From Chlorokybus atmophyticus (taxonomy: Eukaryota; Plantae; Mesostigma and Chlorokybus algae), in contig RHPI01002368.1 of assembly GCA_009103225.1 (NCBI GenBank), positions 587,397 through 651,396 of the forward strand: a stretch of 64,000 bases of DNA, given 5' to 3'. Numbering within the stretch: the first letter of the stretch is position 1; every line of letters begins with the position of its first letter. Below the pieces are notes generated by a model. It was given only the letters and a program-made list of their open reading frames with translations. It ran no database searches and was not told the origin of the DNA. Made by a program: the position numbers and the translations under genes. Shown one piece after another: positions 15,334-28,600 of the stretch.

Positions 15334-18300
15334 GCCGGTATCGGAGCACGGTTTACGAAGGTGAGAGACGAAGTGTGTGGGCGTTCACACTTTTCATTCG
15401 AAAGTGGAGTGTAGTGTGTTAGTGGTGATGCAGGATGCTCGCATGGAAGAGCTTCAAGCTACCATCTTAGCATTGAGGGAAGAGCTTCATCACACTTAAG
15501 CGGCGGCACAAGCACAACGCGAGGCATATGAGCATGCAATGGCGCGTGTACAAGTTCCCATGGCATCAAGCTCGCGCGTGCATGTGAAGGTGCCAAAGCC
15601 CAAGCCATTCAAGGGTCAACGTGATGGAGATGCAGTAAACGAATGGATTTCTTCGGTATCGTCTTGGTTGAAGCTCACGGAAGTGCTCACGCATTTGCAC
15701 ATGGAGGCTGCATCGACATTGCTTGAAGGTGCAGCACTTGTATGGTGGAGCCATTGTGGTACGCGTGTTGCAAGTGAAATGGCGCTACCATTGACCACCA
15801 TGGAAGAGTTGGCTTTGGAGATTAGGCCCCAGTTTGTTCCCGTGGAGAGTGTAAAGGCCGCACGCGATAAAAATTGCGACCCTTGTGCAAACGGGGTCGG
15901 CGACGGCGTACACGGCTACGTTTCAGCGTTTGGTGTTGTCCATACCCAACATGACCGAGGAAGAGCAGTTGGACATGTACACACATGGTTTGAAACCTTT
16001 AGGATGCCAAGAAGTGGAGCTACGGGACCTTAAAACTTTTGCGGAAGCTATACGCATCGCGGAGCGTCTCGATGCGTTGGACTTCAAGTCTTCTGCAGCG
16101 AACGCCGACTGGAGGCGTGGGAGCAAGCAAGAGCGTGGTGATCAGCCTAGGGGAAGCTTTCAACATGCATGGACACGAAGGGAACCAAGTTCACAACTTG
16201 CAAAGGAAAGTAGAGCTAATTTGGGACCATCACCAATGGAGGTGGGTGCCGTACACACGCGTAATGGCGTGGTAAAGCATGGTGGACGTGGTGAGGCAAG
16301 TAGCAGCGTGCGCAAGTGTTACGTGTGCAGTTTGACAAAACATTTGGCGTTCAATTGCTTGAAGCAGCGCACGCAAACGTCTGCATCAGCTTGCAATACA
16401 TATCGCGCACGACGCATCAACGTAATGAAGGAAGATGGCGTGGAGGATTAGGGAAACTACTCCCCCTAGTGGGTAAGGAGGCTATTGCTGGGGATGAGGG
16501 GGAGCCTCACGCACAAATGAAGAGTGTGACATCGCAACCAAGGAAGAAAATGGAGGTGGCTATGAACACCCATGGTGGTAAGTTATGCAAGCGAGGAGGC
16601 AACAAAGTACGTTGGGATTCTAGCACGCACTTCCGATGACCGAGGACAATGGAGGGAGTGCAACCTTATGGTTGATAGTGGAGCAAACAGCAACTTCATG
16701 AGTGAGGAGGTTGCACGGCGCCACGATTGGCTTTTACCATTACGAGGAGGAGAAGTGAAACTCGCTGGAGAACCACCCTCTGAATATTGGTGCTGCGTTT
16801 TTAACCAAGGAGTTGTGTGTTCACATGGGGAAGTTGAAAGAGAATAAGCGTTTCTGCTGCATCATCGTACGGAACGGGTTTAATGGAATTCTGAGACCAC
16901 CGTGGCTGTGGCAACGTAAACCACCTATCGATTGGAGGAAGCGTGTGCTCACCATTAAGGGAAACAATGGAGAATCCATTCAAGGTCTACGCGCGTGCTC
17001 CATCGAAGTGGAAGACCACTTTTGCAAGGAAAGCAAGAAGGGCTTTGTAAAAGCTGCGTCGGACGTCGCTAAGGCAAGTATGCGCACGTGTGATGAGCAC
17101 CTGCAAGGGGATACAAGCACCGGAAAGGCACGGCACGCGCAATCAGGTGGGATTAGCATTGCTCAAGTTTCCTATGTGCAATTGAGGAGGTTGCTATCCC
17201 CACAAAAAGTGTAGGCTGCATGGTTGTGCGTGGTGCATGAAACCACAACAAAATCAGCACCGAAGCTGAGTGACTGCACTGAAACACCCACGGTGGACAT
17301 CGAGGTGTGCAAGCTTGTTCATGACTACTAAGATATCATGGTGGACGGACTTCCAGCTGGTCTACCACCCTCACAGAGCGTTGATCACCGTGTGGAGTTG
17401 ATTGAGGACGTGCACAAGCCACCCTACAGGCCTGTATACAAGTTGTCACCTTTGGGGTTGGAGGAGGCCGAAAAGCAGAGAGCGGATTTTCTAAAGAGAG
17501 GTTACATCCGGCTAAGTAAGTCACCTTATTTTGCACTAATACTGTTCGTGCGAAAGAAGAACGGGAGCCTGCGTATGTGCATTAACTACCGAGCGCTCAA
17601 CACCATCACAAAGAAGAAACTGCTTTCCACTACCGCGTATTAACGAGTTGCTGGAGCAGCTACAAGGTGTGCACTACTTTACCACACTTGATCTGCTGGA
17701 GGTTATCATAAGATCCGCATCGCATTTGAGGACGTGGAGAAGATAACGTTCAACATGCGCTATGTACATTATCAGTGGTTAGCGATGTCGTTTGGGCTTA
17801 CGAACGCGCCAGCGTTATTTCAGACATTGATAAACAGCGTTTTTGCTGACTTGCTAGGTAAGGGAGTCCTCATGTACCTCGATGACATCTGAGTGTGTTT
17901 GAAGACGAGGGACGGGCATGTGAGTCTTTTACGGCGCGTGTTGCAGCATTTATGCGAGCACAAGTTGTACGCTCAGCTACAGCAATGCAAGTTTCTGCTA
18001 CGCGAGGTGGAGTACTTTGGCCACATTGTGTCACACGAAGGGATCAGGCCGGACCCCAATAAAGTGCAAGTGGTGCGCGAATAGTCTGCCTCAACCAATG
18101 TGAAGGAGGTAATGTCGTTCTTAGGCCTTGCGGGGTATCATCGCAAGTTTATCATGGAATTTTCGCGCATTGCGACCCCTTTGATCACCCTACTCAAGAA
18201 AGGGAAGTCTTGAAGCTGGTCTACAAAAGAAGAGCATGCATTTGCTGCGTTCAAGAAGGCGTTGACATAGGCACCCGTCGTGGCTCACCCCGACATGGAC

Positions 18301-20169
18301 AAACCCTTCATGTTAGCTTGTGACGCATTGGACACAGCTGTGGGAGATGTGTTACACCAAGACCAAGGCATGGGTCTTCAACCTATAGCATTCTTTGGTA
18401 AGCAACTGAGTGGAGCAGAGCTAAACTACCCTGTGCACGAGAAGGAGCTATTGGCGCAAGTGATGGCACTGCGACAATGGTGATGCTTTCTCGAGGGCAA
18501 AAGGTTCGTGCTGGAGACGGATCGTTCCCCATTGAGGTACTTACAAACACAACCACATCTGAGCCGGAGACAAGCGCCGTAGTTGGAGTTCTCTCAACTT
18601 TTTAATTTTAAGATCAAGTACAAGCCCGATACATTTAATAGTGTGGCCGACGCGCTAAGCTGGTTGAATTTGATTGAAGCACTTGCTCAAGTGCAACCGG
18701 AGTGGGCCGACTAGATCCAACAAATGCTTTGCGAAGACCCATAAGGTAGGAGAGTCTTGCGGTCCATGCGGAGCACAGCAACGGACACAAGTGGACATTG
18801 GACAAAGCAAGACGGCCTACTATGGCATGATGGCCGCTTGTACATCTCCAATGTTCCACATATTGCGTTCAACTTTTAAAGAAAGCTCATGACGTACCCA
18901 TTGCTGGCCACCAACGAGTGGAGAGGACGTTGGCAAGCCTGAGACAACGCTTTTATTGGCGGGAGATGCATCGCGATGTACGCGACTATGTGGTGTTGCG
19001 CGACGCATGTAAAAGGGTGAAAGCAAGCAACCAAAAGCCAGGTGGGTTGCTACAACCTCTTCCCGTGCCATTGTCCAAGTGGGAGCAAGTTGCTATGGAC
19101 TTTATTACGGGGCTGCAGAAGACAACAGAAGGGTACGACGCAATACCCGTGTTCAAAGATAAAACCAGCAAAATGGTACGCTTGGCACCGTGTTGTAAGT
19201 CTTGCACGGCACCAGAGGCAGCAAGCTTGTTTATGAAGCATGTCTTTCGTTCCCACGGACCACCACGAAGCATTGTGAGCCATTGTGATCCCCGCTTCAC
19301 ACGTAAGTTTTGGGAGGCGCTGCATAGTACACTGGTACTACCTTATAGTTTGGATTGGCTTTCCACCCGCAAATTGATGGCGAAATGGAGCGAGCCAACC
19401 GTGTAATTAAAACATGTTACGCTGCTACGTGAATGCACAGCAAGACAATTGGGCGTTGCTGGAAGTGGTGGAATTTGCCATCATCAAGCACACCAATGCA
19501 AGCACGGGTGTCACCCCCTTTCTCATGTACTACGGCCAACACCCGCTGACACCACTGGCGGCGTGGACACCGCGACAAAGTGGCGTTGAGTGGAAGCAGT
19601 AAGCTACTTTCTCACAACGTGTGCGGACATTAACAAGGCAGCAAGAGAGGCGCTGTTGGTGGCACAAAATAGGCAAAAACAGTACGCAGACGCGCATCGC
19701 TGACATGTCACGTTTTGAGAAGGCGACATGGTACTGCTTTTTGCAAGGAACTTACAGGTGCGAGTTGAAGTTCGCAAGTTAAGTGAGCGCTGGCTTGGGC
19801 CATTTCAAGTCACCAAAGTGGTTTTGGATGTGGCGTACAAGTTGCAACTGCCCGACTTTATGCACAACCACCCTGTCTTTCACATATCCCTGCTGAAATT
19901 ATATGAAGGAGAGCCACCATTGCGTCCACCGCCTGAGTTGGCTACGAAAGGTCATATGGAATACGAAGTGGATGACATATTGGGTGAGAAGATGGTGCGC
20001 AACGTGCGCAAATATTTAGTGAAGTGGAAAGGCTACCCGATGCATGAAGCCACTTGAGAACCGGAGGAGCACTTGGCATATGCACAACATATCTTGCAAC
20101 AGTATTTGCAACGACGACCAGAGAATCCCCGAGAGCTTCGAGGACGAAGCTCACATAGGGGGGGAGGAG

Positions 20170-20835
20170 TGTAACAGTCGAGGCCAAGTTTTGTGATTTT
20201 AAGACCTTTATTGGCCCATCGAGCACCCGTTGTCATGACTTGTGACAAATAGCGGCGACTTATGAGTCTGCCGTGGATATCGACCGGGGCCCCATGACCA
20301 GTTTGGAAGGTGCCAGAAAACGGAGGGGCCATTCGAGAAGGGCTCGACCAGATTATTAGAAGGGCCTGGCGCCAAGTAGTATAACTTGACCGTATGAGCA
20401 CCTAATCAGAAGATCTTTGGTGTGTAAGAAAGGTGTAGAAGTATTATTACAGGGTTCTGTAATAACATCTTAGCATCTAGTTTGTGTAGCACGGGAATCG
20501 TCTAGACAGTGGCATGTGCAGACTGGTAGGTATAAAATCGACATTCTACTATGCGCAATACAACCTTTAGCTCCCTAGTTTCTGGTGTGCAAGCTTGGTG
20601 GTGGTTAACAGGGGTTGCTAGCGTGTGTCCACTGGTGTGTGCTTGCTTGTGTGACGATCCAAGGCGCTACACAAGCCGGTGTGTAGCTTCGAGGGCATGC
20701 GCGTGCGTACGTGAGTGGCGGGGCGCGCGTGTGTGCTTGGCAGAGGGGGCAAGGTTCCGGTGTGAATACCGTGTCTTGGTTGGAGGGTTGTTGATTGGAC
20801 CAACTCACAAGTGACAAGGCACGAGCACCGTCATG
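20170..20835 (+). repeat. 3' LTR of the plus-strand chromovirus
   Basis: Follows the PPT and aligns with the 5' LTR; terminal CA has mutated to TG. Confidence 0.9.
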
Positions 20836-21470
20836 ATTCCGGGGTAATGGGTATCGGTATTTTACCGTGATATTGTTTAAAGCACGCTCATCCACACACA
20901 TGCGCAACTTCCCATTGAGTTTCACAAACAAGATGGGCGCGCCAAAGCATAAAGAACTTGGTTCAATCAATCCCTTTGTTAATTACTTGTTGACACGAGT
21001 TTCCATTCCCCCCCTCTTCCGGGGCTTAGTTTATATATTGGCCAAACGGGAGGCTCGTTAGCAGGAATCAGTGGTTTGAATTTAATTGAGATGATGGGTT
21101 GTATGTCCAACACCTCGATTAAGAGGTAAGCCTCGCAACTCATCTAAGTCTTCAATATTGTACTTCCCAATGATGTCTGCAGCACCTTCTGCGTTGTCCA
21201 GCACAAAGTTGTCCCGACGACGTCAATGCACAAGAAAAGCCGGTGTGTTTTTGCGCAACGCACATTTTACTTGCAGTGCAGTGAGTAGGGCTGCTTGTGC
21301 TCCAAGCTATGCGTCCATATCACATACAATGTTACACGCTTATGATCTTTCTTGAACATGCACAAGTATGCGCTTGTATCCAATGTCATTGTGACAATTT
21401 CTTGCCATTCTTGTCCTGTTACCACATAAACTCCAAATGTTGATTAACACCACTATAAAAGTGAGAGGGG
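20836..21470 (-). mobile_element. Upstream continuation (RT N-term) of the minus-strand chromovirus
   Basis: [42 protein letters not shown], contiguous with 14674 across the TSD. Right boundary approximate. Confidence 0.8.
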
Positions 21471-21529
21471 CATGATCACTACCAATCTTTACCTTCATTC
21501 GTCCTTCCCCTGATAGTGATAACGCCCCC

Positions 21530-21969
21530 NNNNNNNNNNNNNNNNNNNNNNNNNNNNNNNNNNNNNNNNNNNNNNNNNNNNNNNNNNNNNNNNNNNNNNN
21601 NNNNNNNNNNNNNNNNNNNNNNNNNNNNNNNNNNNNNNNNNNNNNNNNNNNNNNNNNNNNNNNNNNNNNNNNNNNNNNNNNNNNNNNNNNNNNNNNNNNN
21701 NNNNNNNNNNNNNNNNNNNNNNNNNNNNNNNNNNNNNNNNNNNNNNNNNNNNNNNNNNNNNNNNNNNNNNNNNNNNNNNNNNNNNNNNNNNNNNNNNNNN
21801 NNNNNNNNNNNNNNNNNNNNNNNNNNNNNNNNNNNNNNNNNNNNNNNNNNNNNNNNNNNNNNNNNNNNNNNNNNNNNNNNNNNNNNNNNNNNNNNNNNNN
21901 NNNNNNNNNNNNNNNNNNNNNNNNNNNNNNNNNNNNNNNNNNNNNNNNNNNNNNNNNNNNNNNNNNNNC
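21530..21969. other. Assembly gap (N run)
   Basis: Run of N. Confidence 0.99.
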
Positions 21970-22055
21970 TCATCGTGCTGCACCAGCACCGCTCCCATCC
22001 CCAGCTTGCTCCAGTCGGTGTGAAGGATGAAAGGCTTGGCGTAGTCCGGACGTTG
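21970..22055 (-). mobile_element. Short RNase H fragment of the DNMT-gypsy family next to the gap
   Basis: QRPDYAKPFILHTDWSKLGMGAVLVQHDE; one visible nucleotide difference from the same stretch at ~27640-27725. Confidence 0.85.
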
Positions 22056-23039
22056 CCCCCCCCACACACATTGGCATCTGAAAAAAAATGCTGAGGGCTT
22101 ACACGCTATCTTGTTGCGCAGGTGTCAAATTCACACCATCAGTCCGAAACGAACTGTTTACACCCTCTATCGTGCCATCAAATGTCCACAATAGGGGTAC
22201 TACCCGTGCTGAAAATGCAGCCAAGAGTCCGTGACTAATGCGAGGGTTGATTCATACTGCCGACAATCGCAATGTCCGTGTTTCACGCTTGTTAGATTGC
22301 TCATCCACAGTGCCCCACCCCACCCCACCATCCGAGTATGCTTTAACCATGGGCCACGATACTTTTTCACCATCACCACCATACTCAAGCTTTTGTGCTT
22401 ATTTTGCAACTAAGTAAGTGCGTGCAACACGTGGGTAAGCATATTGAACTTCAACATGCTTACTGATGTGATTGCCAATGTATTATTATACTAGCAATGA
22501 TTTCACATGTACCAACCTCAAGCATTGTCTTCCACTTTTTCAACACCAAAGCTTGGCAACTTGTCATGTGCTTGCCATGCATGTATCAGTACATGCACTT
22601 GGGAAATTATTAAACCGGTTTACGACATGCATCTCAATAAACTGGCTATTAACTGCATCAACATCAGTCATTGCAAAATCTTGTTCAGCCTTCTTGGCCT
22701 TGCCCTTTGCCTTGGTGGGGTAATTCTTCGCAATGTGGCTCAATTAATAATTGACGTAACATGCGCGAGTCGCAGCAGTCGTAGCACCACCAGCAGGTGT
22801 GCCACTAGTGGGAGGCGTGAATGTCTTTGCCTTTATTGCAGCATCCGCACTCGCCTAAGGTAATGCTTTCCTACCACCCCCTGCGGCTTGGGCACAGCTA
22901 CCACATGTGACTTCTTCTGCACCGCCATATTAGTATTGTACAGATACACACTTAACTTGTGCGGCTTGGCCAAGTCCTTAAAAACCCAACCTAGACCTTG
23001 AAGGAAGTCCCGTTGTCGTGTTGTACTGCAGCTGATCGC

Positions 23040-25024
23040 TGTCGGGTCGAAGAGAGTCGAGGGTCACGCTGTCTGGGACAATTGAAGGGAAAGACATGCT
23101 TGCCGGACATGCTACAGCAGGTTGTAGCATGTCAGTAAAAGCAAAAGATAACCCGGCTCTCACAGCACAAGTGCTCATTAAAGCGTGCCTGGTGCTGATA
23201 TGAATGTGTGGAGATGCTTTTCACCATAGTGTACATTTTGTGTGATAGAGTGCACAGTTAACAAGCCCCCCCCCCCCCCCCCCNTCTGAGGAGGTTTCAG
23301 CTCCCGGGCTCAGCTGTAATGCAGGTGAGGAGGGCCGTTGGCGCAGCACTCGTCGCACCAATACTCTTCCATGGGCATATTGGTCAACGGGGGCTGCAGT
23401 GCAGGCCGTTGTTGCAGGCCCTTGTTGCAGCCATCGCACAGCATCATCTTGGAGCTGTCATTGGCGCTGCCACAGTGCTCGCAGCGTATGCTACGCGAGG
23501 GGCAAGGGTGCTGAATGCGCCCGAAGCCAGCTACATAAAGAAGGTGGCATGACGCGCACTTCACCATGTTGTCCTTCAACCTCTCGCCATTTTTGCCAAG
23601 AAGGTTCAGCACTTGTGGGGTACACCTTGAGCACCTTGTAGACATTGCGATTGACGGTATCCAATGTGTTGTTGGTGGCTGCCATGCAGTAGGCAAAGCC
23701 TCCTGCTTAAAACCGACGCTGGCGCTCCTTGTCACTGCGAACGCACTCATGGTGCAAGGTGTCGCGATGCAAGTTGTTGAAGGCCATGGTGCGCTCTGTT
23801 AAGAACTAGTGTGCATGTATGCGCCCTACCTCATACATGCGCTCACACTAGGGGAACAACAAGTGCAATAGCATGTTAACAACAAAGAAAAGTATGTTCC
23901 TATTGCAGTTCCACCTGTATGCGCCACATACGGTGACTTATATACTAAGCTAGTCAACACTAGAAAAGACTAGTCAACCCTAGTCAAAGTCAACTCTAGT
24001 CAACACTAGTCAACGGTTAAAGTCAACCCCAGTCAACCCTAGTCAATGGTCAAAGTCAAAGTTGACCGTAACTCTCGTAACTCCCGTAACTCCTGTTGAC
24101 TGTAACTCCCATTGCGTAACCGCCGCACATAATCCAAGTAACATCAACAAGCTGACTGTACTATAAGCATACTATACTAGCAAACCTCATATGCTTAACC
24201 TTCAACATGTACTATAAGCATACTATACTAGCAAACCTCATATGCTTAACCTTCAACACACTCGAATAGTGCTGCGTGCGTGGTGAAGTCATGGTGCTTT
24301 CAGATGGAATCGTCGGGGTTGTTAACCGCACGATCGACTCCCCGCTGTGCACAGAAAGGAAGCAATGGCGGGCGTCTAAATAATAAGTAGTATGGGCTGT
24401 AATCGCGTGGAGCTGCTTGCTTCGACAGTCGGTATTCACGGGCCACCAAAGGGAGGCGCTCATCCCAAGTATTGTTGTCATGCACCAATGCGTACTTGCG
24501 TAGGGTCTTCTTGTTGGTTTGCACCGTGCTCGGCGAGGCCATCGGCTTGAGGGTGATTACGCGAGGTACGGCAATGATTGATGTAAAACCTGTTCAAGAG
24601 AGTGTCGAACTCCCTTCCAAACTCAACGCCTTGGTCGGTGATGACTGCAGCGCAACTGAATCGGCTGAGAACATGAGAGAGGAAGGCTTGAGACACCCCC
24701 CAACTGCTTTTGTCAGCTTGCGAAACCAGCGCCACCCATTTGGAGAAGTGCTCGATCATCATGAGGATGTAGCTTCAATTGGTGTGAAGGATGAAGGGCT
24801 TGGTGTAGTCAGGGCGCCAAGGAATGGGAGCTGTGGTGATCCTGCGTTACAGCTCCTCAACAGCCTGTTGCTAAGGCTCCTTCCGCGTGAACTCCACCTC
24901 CTGCTATTAAAGCTCGTTGAGGGGCCACTATTAGCAAGGCTAAAGAAGGCGCGCAGGCGCGTGAGGTCGGTTGGGGCAAAAATAGCCTCGAGGGCCTCCA
25001 CTTTTGCCTGCTGCACATACACAC
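23040..25024 (-). mobile_element. Degenerate, internally deleted copy (B) of the DNMT-gypsy family: RT/RH remnant, integrase, damaged PHD, 224-bp 3' terminal segment 23040-23263
   Basis: Homologous to 25330-28000 (MMIEHFSKWV, VITDQGVEF, CEHCGSANDSSKMMLCDGC). Ends in the same TGTCGGGTCGA terminus. Split by a solo LTR at 23787-24258. Confidence 0.88.
23787..24258 (-). mobile_element. Solo LTR of a copia family with a 51-bp terminal tandem duplication (24160-24258)
   Basis: TG..CA ends, TSD CGCTC/CACTC, and the same TAGTCAAC/GTCAAA repeat vocabulary as the copia LTRs at 25043 and 39437. Confidence 0.8.
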
Positions 25025-25042
25025 GCTGGCACTGCTCGTGTT

Positions 25043-25329
25043 TATTGAGATTGCACAGTAGCAACAATGACAAGCACAAGTGTGGTGCTGACAATTGAGC
25101 AGAGTGGATCTTACTATATTGCACAACATACAGTGTCTTATATAGTTCACTAGTGAGTGCTAGTCAACACTAGTCAACGCTAGTCAAAGTCAACACTAGT
25201 CAACACTAGTCAACGGTCAAAGTCAAAGTAAAAGGTCAAAGTCAACGTTGACCATAGTGGACTATAACTCCCATAACGGCAGTTGAACGTAATTCCCAAG
25301 GTGAAGATGATCGTAAAAGTTTAGCTAAG
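25043..25329 (-). repeat. Distal part of the copia 3' LTR
   Basis: Aligns with 39437-39722. Confidence 0.95.
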
Positions 25330-25566
25330 TGTCGGGTCGAGGGGAGTCGAGGGTCACGCTGTCTCGGACAGCTGCATGGACAGCCATATTGTGCTGGACA
25401 TGCTGCTGCGCCACCTGGGTGACGCGTAGCAAGAACCGAAAGATGACCTCCCCTTTCATGGTGACAAGTGCTTCGTGCAGCTGGGGTGCTGCTGCTGGGT
25501 AGTACGGGCAGATTGAGTTGGTGTTTTCCCTGAGAACATGCTGTGTTGTAGCATACAAAGTCAACA
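25330..25566 (-). repeat. 237-bp 3' terminal segment (LTR-like, post-PPT) of the DNMT-gypsy
   Basis: Starts TGTTGAC right after the PPT and ends CCCGACA. Homologues at 23040-23263 and 54837-55070 end at the same base with different flanks. Confidence 0.9.
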
Positions 25567-25616
25567 AGCCACCCCCCCTGGGCTCTGGGGAAAGTTCCAG
25601 CTCCAGAGCTCAGCTA

Positions 25617-28600
25617 CTAGCGCAAGTGAGGAGGGCCGTTGGTACGGCAGTCGTCGCACCAATATTCTTCCATAGGTATCGTGTCCAAAGGTGGCTCCAG
25701 GCAGTAGCAATGCAGGCCTTTGTTGCAGCCATCGCAGAGCATCATAAGTGCGTCGTCGCCGGCGCTGCCGCAGTGTTCACAGCGTGTGCTGCGCGCAGGA
25801 CGAGGGTGCTGGATACGCCCGAAGCCAGCTACGTAAGGGAGGTGACATGGCGCACAGTTCACCATGTTGTCCTTCAACCTTTCTCCGTTTTGACCAAGGA
25901 GGTCCAGCACCCCTGTGGGGTACACTTTGAGTACCTTGTAGACGGTGCGGCTTACGGAGGTGTCAAGCGTGTCTTTGGTGGCTGCCATGCGATAGGCAAA
26001 GTCCCCCGCTTGGAATCGCCGTTGGCGCTCCTTGTAAAAGCCGCTACGTACGCGCTCGTAGCGCAGCGTGTCGCGATGCTGCGCGATGCGCAGATTGTTG
26101 AAGGCCATGGGGACGGTGCGCTCGAAAAGTGCGGCGCGCGTGGTGATGTCGTGGTGCATCCAGTCAGGGTCGTCGAGGTTGTTCACGACGCGATCCACCT
26201 CCTGTTGCGCACGGAAGGGAAGCAATGGTGGTCGCCCAAACAACAGGTAGCACGGGCTGTACTCCCGCAGAGCCGCCTGTTTCGACAACCGATATCCAAG
26301 GGCCACCCATGGTAGGTGGTCATCCCAAGTGTCCTTCTTGTACTCCAACACGTATTTGCGGAGTGCCTTCTTGATGGTCTGTACCGTCCGCTCGGCAAGG
26401 CCGTCGGCTTGAGGGTGATCACGCGAGGTACGGCGGTGGTCGATGTAACATTTGTCCAAGAGGGTGTCGAATTCCCCTCTGAACTCAGCACCTTGGTCGG
26501 TGATGACCTCGGCGCAGCTGCCAAAGCGGCTCAGAACGTAAGAGAGGAAGGCTTGAGACACCCCCCTGCTGCTCTTGTCGGGTAATGGCACCAGCTCCAC
26601 CCATTTGGAGTAGTGCTCAATCATGACCAGGATGTAACGGTTGCCACGTGGTGAGGGTGCCAAGTCCCCCAAGATGTCGAGTCCCCATCGGTAAAAGAGA
26701 CCGGAGATGGGGAGTGGGTGCAAGGTGGCGCTACGCGTGTTGAGGCTGGCGCGCACCATGTCACACTGCTGGCAGTGACTGACGAACCTTTGCACCTGTT
26801 TTGTTAATCCATACCACCAATATTGTGCTCTCACCAGACTGACTGTGCGCTTGACACCAAAGTGTCCAAGCTCAGTGTGGAGGGAAGCGATGATATCCTT
26901 GCGCGTGACTGGTGTCGGCACTTCCTTGTCTTCGCCGTGGAAGCGGCGATACAGCTTGTCACCAGCCCAGCGACAGTGACGGGTGCGTTGGTTGACCCGG
27001 TCCTTCTCTCGAGCGCTCATGCCAGAGGGGAGATGGCCACGTTGAAGAAAGGAGAGTGATGGCTTGTCGTGCCATATGTCCTGCCTGGTGTCAGTGGGCG
27101 CCGGCTCTGTGTCATCGACGTCAATGTCGGCTGCGTGGGCGTCTCCCAAGGGTGTGATTGCCGCAGGGTCGGTAGACTCAAGGGCAAGAATCTCCTCTAC
27201 CACTGCTGAGGTTGTGGTGTTGGTCTTGCGCCCTGAGCGCAACGCGGCAGCAGCAAACATGGCTGCTATGGTGGGAGCTGTTGCTGCTGGGATGAGCTCA
27301 TGCCGCGCTCCAGTTGCGTCGTTGGTGCTGAGGTGGGGGTTGCGACTGAGGCCATCAGTGTCTTGGTTGGTGAGGCCAGCGCGGTGGTCAATCTCGAAGT
27401 CGTATTCTTGTAACAGCAGGGCCCATCGAGCAAGTTTCCCTGTCACATGTTGGTTGGTCATCAGCCACTTGAGGGGCTGATGATCGGTGATCAGTTGGAA
27501 CTGTTGACCAAAGAGGAAAGGTCCGAAGAAGGAGATGGTCCACACTGCAGCGAGGCATTCCCCTTCATAGCTGCTGTAGTTGGCCTCGGCGCTGTCGTTG
27601 CTTCGGCTGGCGTATGCCACCACCCGCTCCTTCTTGTGCTCATCGTGCTGCACCAGCACCGCTCCCATCCCCAGCTTGCTCCAGTCGGTGTGAAGGATGA
27701 AAGGCTTGGCGTAGTCTGGACGTTGAAGGATGGGAGCGCTGGTGAGTCTGCTCTTCAACTCCTCGAAGGCCTGCTGTTGCGGCTCCTTCCACGCGAACTC
27801 CACCTCCTTTTTCAGTAGCTCGTTGAGGGGTCTTGCGATCTTCGCGAAGTCCTTCACGAATCGGCGATAATAGTTGGCAAGTCCCAAGAAAGCGCGCAGG
27901 CGCGTGAGGTCGGTCGGGGCAGGGATAGCTGCCAGAGCCTCTACTTTTGCCTGCTGCACATACACACCATGGGGCACAATCATGTGCCCTAAGTACGGCA
28001 CCTTGTGGGTGAAGAAGGTACACTTGTCGGGGTGTACGGTCATCCCCACTCCCTTGAGTCGTTCCAGCACCGCTTCGATGTGCTGAAGATGCTCCTCGTT
28101 GCTGCGGCTGAAGATGAGGATGTCATCGATGTAGCACCGCGCGCAGTCCAGCCCCTTCAAGGCTTTGTCCATGACGCGTTGAAACTTGGCGGGGGCATTC
28201 TTCAGCCCGAACGGCATTACCTTCCATTGGTACAACTGGCGGTTGCCCCAGAAGGAGGTCTTGTGCTTGTCCTCGTCCTTGATGGCGATTTGGTTGTACC
28301 CCTGACGCATGTCCAGGATGCTGAAGACTGTGCAGTCTCCCACATCATCAAAAATACCCTCTGCTGTGGGCATGGGGTACCGGTCTTGCTTGGTCTTGTT
28401 GTTGAGGGGGCGATAGTCGCCACACATGCGTCGCTCTGTCCAGTTGCCTGCTGAATCCTTCTTCAGTGGCATGACGGTTGCTGCTGCGAAGTCCGATGTG
28501 GACTCTTCGATAAGGCCTGCATCCAGCAGCGCCTTACATCTCTGTTCCACCAAGTCTTCTTCCAACTTGGAGAGCCTGTATTGTCGTCGGAACACCGGCT

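Larger units (their letters stand above)
14675..20835 (+). mobile_element. Full-length degenerate Ty3/gypsy chromovirus (gag-PR-RT-RH-IN-chromodomain) nested in the RT of the minus-strand chromovirus
   Basis: LTRs at 14675-15333 and 20170-20835. PBS CGGTATCGGAGC at 15336-15347 (tRNA-iMet-like, 2 mismatches to TGGTATCAGAGC). PPT GGGGGGAGGAG. TSD AATCC/ATTCC; removing the insert restores YRYPLPR-IDD of the host. Motifs PKPFKG, CYVCSLTKHLAFNC, LMVDSGA, SPYFALILFVRKKNGSLRMC, YLDDI, YEVDDIL..YLVKWKGY. Confidence 0.93.

Noticed and set aside
22640-23039. Possible gag zinc-knuckle remnant (CYVNY*LSHIAKNYP) on the minus strand
   Set aside because: Too degenerate to assign to a family or delimit.
23265-23284. 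Long C/G homopolymers ending in N (also ~21525, ~22056, ~42920, ~63376) as biological motifs
   Set aside because: They coincide with contig breaks and are typical sequencing or assembly failure points; their lengths are unreliable.
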